This document shows, one piece after another, positions 55,921-60,583 of a stretch of DNA of 60,583 nucleotides. Position numbers and translations under genes: made by a program. Each line of letters opens with the position of its first letter. Position 1 is the first letter of the stretch. The DNA is from Candidatus Omnitrophota bacterium (GTDB taxonomy: Bacteria > Omnitrophota > Omnitrophia > Omnitrophales > Aquincolibacteriaceae), in assembly GCA_043732705.1 (NCBI GenBank), contig JAYTHE010000016.1, positions 1 to 60,583 of the forward strand, in the 5' to 3' direction. The notes under the pieces were generated by a model. That model saw nothing but the letters and a program-made list of their open reading frames with translations, was not told where the DNA came from and did no database searches.

Positions 55921-56355
55921 TTAAACTGAAAGTGTGGGGATATTATTTTTCGCGGCGTACTCGAGGATTTTTCGATCCTGCGTTACCAGAATAGCTTTGT
56001 GTTCCACGGCGGTCGTAACAATGATTCGATCAGCCGGGTCTCCGTGAAAATTTCCAAGGAATAAATTGGGTTGCAAGACGATTCGAGGAGTTAGCTCGAC
56101 AATGGTTACCGCGGAGTTTTTTATTGAAAGTTCAGCCCATTCAAGCGGAGGTAAATTGATTGGGAATCTTTTCTTTGCAACGAGGACTCCAAACTCCCAT
56201 ACTGAAATTATTGATAAAAGCAGCTGGCTTTCTTCGGCAGCAGCGGCAATGGTTTTGAGAAGCGGAGATTTTTTCAATTTCTCATCACCCGTGCAGAGCC
56301 AAAGCCAAATATGTGTGTCGAGCAAAAGCGAAAGGGTTTTAGTCTCTTTCTGCAT
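55921..56355 (-). CDS. vapC: PIN-domain toxin (VapC family)
   Basis: LLDTHIWLW, SIISVWE, HGDPADRII, LVTQD. Confidence 0.92.
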   Translation of the reverse strand: MQKETKTLSLLLDTHIWLWLCTGDEKLKKSPLLKTIAAAAEESQLLLSIISVWEFGVLVAKKRFPINLPPLEWAELSIKNSAVTIVELTPRIVLQPNLFLGNFHGDPADRIIVTTAVEHKAILVTQDRKILEYAAKNNIPTLSV

Positions 56356-56572
56356 CCCAAATTTCCCCTGTGGGTTCAATCAAATCTCCATAACTCAAAG
56401 TGTGCTCTTTCATGCATCCAAATGGCGAAGGCTTGGGAGATTCTGTGTCATAGGAAATTAGCTTTGCGACCGGCTTTCCGTACTTAGTAATAATAATCGT
56501 CGAATGCGTGCGTTGAACTTCATCCATAAGTTGTAAGCATTTTGCTTTAAATTCGCCGGCTTTGATTTTCAT
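56339..56572 (-). CDS. Phd/YefM-family antitoxin
   Basis: MKIKAGEFKAKCLQLMDEV..IIITKYGKPVAKL; overlaps the toxin start. Confidence 0.92.
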   Translation of the reverse strand: MKIKAGEFKAKCLQLMDEVQRTHSTIIITKYGKPVAKLISYDTESPKPSPFGCMKEHTLSYGDLIEPTGEIWDAERD

Positions 56573-56582
56573 ACCTACCTCT

Positions 56583-56616
56583 GTTGTGACCATTAAAATA
56601 TTACCATGGTCATAAC
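56583..56616. promoter_or_regulatory. Putative TA autorepression operator
   Basis: GTTGTGACCAT-N12-ATGGTCATAAC IR (10/11) just upstream of the antitoxin start. Confidence 0.6.
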
Positions 56617-56905
56617 TATTTATCAAGCTTGCTCCCGCACCTTCTAACCACCACCATTCCATTAGGAAAGGTCTAGATTTGTAGACTAAATAGTCTTACC
56701 TAGTTAACTTAAACTTCCTAACACCGGTGGTTGGGAAAGCGTGATTAGATGCTAGTAATTGCTAGTTTTAATTATTAAAAAAATAAAAAAGACAGTCTTA
56801 GTGTTGCAATTATTTAATCTATTGGTTAGGTTTTCTTTAGATGATAAACAAATTTAACAACATTAATCCTGGGTTGATCTCTTTCCGGCTATGGGAGAAC
56901 AAGGT

Positions 56906-59900
56906 ATGAACTATAGCCGTCAATTGCGTGTTACAGCGCTTCTTACCGCTTTGATTTATATTCCGGTTAATCATTTTGGCTTTGCCGCATTACCGGCAAA
57001 TGCTTTACGTACCGAATCAATTCAAATTCGTCCCTTCCAAGTTTCAGGCTTAAAACTTCCCGCGAACTTTGGCGAAGTGGTTGAATCAGCCAAAGGTAAA
57101 ACAGATCAGGCGGTCATTATTATTCAAGATGCGCATGCGGTTCCCGACGCACAGAAAAATATTGCGAATGTGATTAAGTTCATGCAGCAGGAATATGGTG
57201 TGAGCACCGTAGCGCTGGAAGGCGCGAGTGGGGATTTGGACCCGCAGATTTTTAAAAGTTTTCCTGATCAAAAACTCATGCGCGAAGTCATCAAAGGCTA
57301 TCTTGATGCGGGTGAAATCGCGGGGGGAACTGCCGCCGCAATTTTTGATAAAGCGCCATCCGCTTACAAAGGTGTCGAAGATTGGGATTTATACGAACAG
57401 GCACTTGGTTTTTATTTGAAAGCAATGGAGGCGTCACCGGTGCTTTTAGAAAAACTGAACGCTGAACGCTTAACGCTGGACGCTGAGAAACAAAAAATTT
57501 ACTCCGCAGAATTGCTAAAAGCCGATGCGGCCATTGAAAAGTTTTACTCGAACTTAAGTGAAGTCACTGACCTGTTCAAGGTTTTAGGCGCAGTTCAGCC
57601 ACCGAAGGCAGGCACTGACCTCGAAGCGGTATGGAAAGAGGTTCAGAAGCAGCTGCCAAATTCCGGAGCGATCAAAGAAGGTAAAGATATTGAAGTGAGA
57701 GCGATTGCCAATCGAGTTGAGAAATTTCTTTCTGCTCGGGCCGCGGGCCTCGGGACTCCGGCCATGGAATTGAAAGTATTCAATTCCAAGAAGCAGGAAT
57801 GGATGACAGGCGCGGTCAGTCCGGAAGCGTTTGCGATGTACCTTAAAGAAACCGCGGCAAAATTTCAAATTCAAATTGAAATGTCAACCGAACTGCTTGG
57901 GATGGTGCATGAACAGAGAAAGCTAAAAGAATTGGAAGGCACAAAGTTCTTTAAGGAATTGGAAGCCTATATTCGTGACGTTAAGGAAGTGTTGATGCGA
58001 GCCACGACCGCAGACTCCTCGGGGGTTGCCGGGGCATCCCCCGAGGTGAAAAAGGTTCTTGATCTCGACCGCCAAACCACCGATCTGCGTACACTTAAAA
58101 AATTAATCAATTTGGAATTAACCCGCGAAGAATGGAATCAATTTAAGACCAGAGACTTGAGACCGGAGACCGGAGACAAAAAAACTCAAAGTGCAGGCAG
58201 TCTGGATAAAAAGGCTTTGGGCTTTGGGCTATCGGCTATGGGTATATCGCAAAGCGATATGGTTTATCACTTGGCTTTTTATGCCAGCGCGGAAGAACGC
58301 GATGAGGTTTTCTTTAAAAATCTGAAAGGAGTGAGCGGAACTCAGATTATGGTCGCCGGTGGTTTTCATGCCGAAGGTTTAACCTCGCGCTTGAAAGAAG
58401 CGGGAATTGGTTATGTTCTTGTGATGCCAAAAATCACCAAAATCCCTGAGAATGTTACTTATCGCGCCCAGATGCGCGGTGAGGTGTCATGGAAAGATTA
58501 TTTCGAAGTCGAAAATGGCCGCATTCATCTTTACAAAGCTTTCGTCAGAGCTGTTAGAGATAAGCTTCTTCAAGGGGGACAGAGCTCTGGTCTTAGCTCT
58601 GTCCCCAATGGTACTCAACCCAATTTGCAGATGCTCAAAGCATGGCGCGATCAAATCATCCGCGACTTATCCGACATGGGCAAAGTTGAACGCGCAGCTT
58701 GGTATACCCGCTATATGGACGAAGTGCTGGATCCCCGCGGTACGAAAGACGCGGTACGCGGTACAGATCTGTTAATGAGCAAAGTCGATAGCTTTATCCG
58801 AGGTCTCCGAGGTCTTGAAAAAAATAATCAAATCGATCAAGTGCACATCGCGCAGCTCTTAAAAGCAAATATGCTTGGTCAAGTTACGGCTGTGGCGCCA
58901 ATGGCTCCCAGCAATAGTGTTTCGTCAAATCTTCTTGGGCGCGGTTCGTTAGGTAGTTCGCTTAAAAGTGTTGCACTCAAACTTTTAGTGGCAGCCGGAT
59001 TGTTTTTGGGAGTATCCACTCAAGCCCAACAGCAACCTGAAAATAGCCCCGCACCCACTGCGCAGAGCGAAACTAAATCCCCGATGGGAAAGTTTGTTTT
59101 TCTTACAAGATTAATTAATGACGGTAAAAATTATGACATCGAAAGCGAAGCAATTGTGGATGATCATGGGGGGGCGAGCGGACAAAAAAATACGCTTCTA
59201 CAATTGGCGATTGCGGTAAAGCCGACTCTACTTGAATTTTTAGAAAAGCAAGAAACGCCCGCGGCTCGTGACGCAGAGGCGGTCCTTAATATAATTGGCA
59301 CGCAGATCTTTAACCCCGATTACGCGAAGAAAGGGATATACGTTCCCACAGCTGAAAGTGCAGAAAAGATGTCAGATTATTTCAAACAGCTGCTTAAGTT
59401 TTTTGGACAGCCTGAAAATTTGAAAGCTTTGCAGAAATTTAATGAACTTACTGGCGCTAAAGCAGGGCAAGGCAACAAGCGCTCCGAAGCGCGGAATCCC
59501 AAGAAGGGGAGTATAAGCGAAATTAAGCTTAGCGACTTTAAAGGCTTAGAAACCACTACGATTACAAATAGACAAATAATGAGGTTGATCGCGGCTGCGC
59601 CTAATGGAAAAGGTGTGACAGACAAACAAACATTTCAAAACATTGCGATTGAGATACTCATAGATGGCCGTGATGAGCCCATTACTTTTACGCATGGTGA
59701 TCCTGCTAAACTCAATGATTATTTGACTGAAGCGGTAACGAAGTTAGGCAGCAATGGAATTAAAACATTCCGCCTGGTAACCTCGATAAACATTACTCTG
59801 CAACGCTCCGAATCGCGGGAACGAACGGACATCCAAAGCGATATTGATAAAAATGCCGTCAAGCTCAAATGGTCTAACCGCTTAGCCGTAACCTTCACTT

Positions 59901-60583
59901 TGGTTTCATCTCTTACACTTATGGGAATGCTTGCGGCTGTGATGACGGCCACGGGCGTGTTGTTATCAGCGCTTCTTTGGTGGGGAGCAGTTATTTTGTT
60001 AGTCAGTATCCCTGCCGCGCTTATTTTTTATGCAGTGATGAATCAATATGATAATCGTGCCACAAATTTAAGACATGAAGCATACCGAGTTGTGACAACG
60101 TCTGCAAGTATTCCCGAACCTGGAAGCCCGGACAGTGTTCCGTCGGATAGGTTTTTGGCACCTGACCAACGCAGTGGTGTGAAATGGTGGGATTTGGAGG
60201 GAAGATTCTTGAATTGGTTGGGCAGGTATTATGATAGACAACTTTTAAAACAATTCCCCAAGTTTACTGAGACACGTAGTAGTGGCATAAAAGGATTGCT
60301 CGATCCAAATGAGCCCTATTCTCAAGTGAGCCCAGCAATTCCCGAACCCGGACGACCGGACAGTGTTCCGTCGGATAGATTTTCGGCGCCTGACCAACGT
60401 GATGTGAAGTGGTGGGATTTGCAGGGAAGATTTTTGAATTGGGCCGGTAGATACTATGCTAGGGCATTACAAAGAGAATTTTCCAGATCGACACCGTTTG
60501 CATATAGAGATGGCACGGGAGGGCTAAGGATGTCACCAGGCCAAGGAACCTATTATCAGCAAAGTGCAGCGATTCCCGAACCC
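56906..60583 (+). CDS. Very large exported/membrane modular protein, 5' part only (at least 1226 aa, no stop in window)
   Basis: Open frame from ATG 56906 (GGAG SD upstream) to the window end; signal-like N-terminus; IQDAH, ALEG, GVED, GGFH motifs; RSExR spacers; 76-78 aa repeats. Confidence 0.88.
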   Translation, partial: MNYSRQLRVTALLTALIYIPVNHFGFAALPANALRTESIQIRPFQVSGLKLPANFGEVVESAKGKTDQAVIIIQDAHAVPDAQKNIANVIKFMQQEYGVSTVALEGASGDLDPQIFKSFPDQKLMREVIKGYLDAGEIAGGTAAAIFDKAPSAYKGVEDWDLYEQALGFYLKAMEASPVLLEKLNAERLTLDAEKQKIYSAELLKADAAIEKFYSNLSEVTDLFKVLGAVQPPKAGTDLEAVWKEVQKQLPNSGAIKEGKDIEVRAIANRVEKFLSARAAGLGTPAMELKVFNSKKQEWMTGAVSPEAFAMYLKETAAKFQIQIEMSTELLGMVHEQRKLKELEGTKFFKELEAYIRDVKEVLMRATTADSSGVAGASPEVKKVLDLDRQTTDLRTLKKLINLELTREEWNQFKTRDLRPETGDKKTQSAGSLDKKALGFGLSAMGISQSDMVYHLAFYASAEERDEVFFKNLKGVSGTQIMVAGGFHAEGLTSRLKEAGIGYVLVMPKITKIPENVTYRAQMRGEVSWKDYFEVENGRIHLYKAFVRAVRDKLLQGGQSSGLSSVPNGTQPNLQMLKAWRDQIIRDLSDMGKVERAAWYTRYMDEVLDPRGTKDAVRGTDLLMSKVDSFIRGLRGLEKNNQIDQVHIAQLLKANMLGQVTAVAPMAPSNSVSSNLLGRGSLGSSLKSVALKLLVAAGLFLGVSTQAQQQPENSPAPTAQSETKSPMGKFVFLTRLINDGKNYDIESEAIVDDHGGASGQKNTLLQLAIAVKPTLLEFLEKQETPAARDAEAVLNIIGTQIFNPDYAKKGIYVPTAESAEKMSDYFKQLLKFFGQPENLKALQKFNELTGAKAGQGNKRSEARNPKKGSISEIKLSDFKGLETTTITNRQIMRLIAAAPNGKGVTDKQTFQNIAIEILIDGRDEPITFTHGDPAKLNDYLTEAVTKLGSNGIKTFRLVTSINITLQRSESRERTDIQSDIDKNAVKLKWSNRLAVTFTLVSSLTLMGMLAAVMTATGVLLSALLWWGAVILLVSIPAALIFYAVMNQYDNRATNLRHEAYRVVTTSASIPEPGSPDSVPSDRFLAPDQRSGVKWWDLEGRFLNWLGRYYDRQLLKQFPKFTETRSSGIKGLLDPNEPYSQVSPAIPEPGRPDSVPSDRFSAPDQRDVKWWDLQGRFLNWAGRYYARALQREFSRSTPFAYRDGTGGLRMSPGQGTYYQQSAAIPEP
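60110..60583 (+). repeat. Intragenic tandem repeat, 228/234 nt period
   Basis: IPEPGxPDSVPSDRFxAPDQR..VKWWDLxGRFLNWxGRYY at 60110 and 60338; third IPEP begins at 60572. Confidence 0.9.

Noticed and set aside
662-55994. Numerous 60-195 aa antisense or alternate-frame ORFs
   Set aside because: They overlap well-supported genes and show no recognisable motifs
55921-56572. TA pair as a novel defence system or prophage edge
   Set aside because: Ordinary Phd-VapC type II module; no phage or integrase genes adjacent
59046-59072. Possible minus-strand Family A copy in the giant gene
   Set aside because: Has GCTC-TGCGC but lacks the ACCG flank, and the stem needs two wobble pairs
57086-59952. Short ORFs listed by the track in the terminal region
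   Set aside because: Shadow ORFs overlapping the long open frame from 56906

Overview
Bacterial chromosomal region, almost entirely on the + strand and mostly housekeeping. It is a diderm (lolE/lolD, mlaEFD). The gene order, the long ACP and the giant-protein N-terminus suggest the PVC superphylum, probably Omnitrophota (inference). Contents in order: an RRM protein; an atypical type II FAS/PKS lipid cluster (FabL-like reductase, methyltransferase, two FabZ-like proteins, long ACP, AcpS, inactive and active KS, thioester-reductase SDR, GT2, MMPL); lysS-lolE-lolD-ilvE-mcsB-clpC-mlaEFD-PIN/TRAM-ispDF-gltX-tmk-holB-metG-CPBP-thiL-tsaE-radC; HAD hydrolase; an uncalled 21-aa Lys-rich micro-gene; MFS, cstA, mutS-mutL, thermonuclease, thiO-like oxidase and a two-component pair; ATPase plus degenerate GAF-HD-GYP; fused murE-murF, mraY, murD; a Phd/VapC toxin-antitoxin pair; and an uncalled ORF of at least 1226 aa running off the window end. 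The most striking signal is at least five families of small structured repeats with no transposase in the window. (A) A 21-24 nt covarying hairpin, 13 copies, always in sense orientation, 8 of them inside coding sequence, including both gene-fusion junctions. (B) 123-187 bp hairpin elements. (C) A 102-103 bp MITE inserted at start codons and read as a bridging micro-ORF. (D) A tandem double-hairpin unit. (E) Heptamer-period repeat tracts. No rRNA, tRNA or CRISPR array was seen. All calls come from reading motifs by eye; no database search was run.
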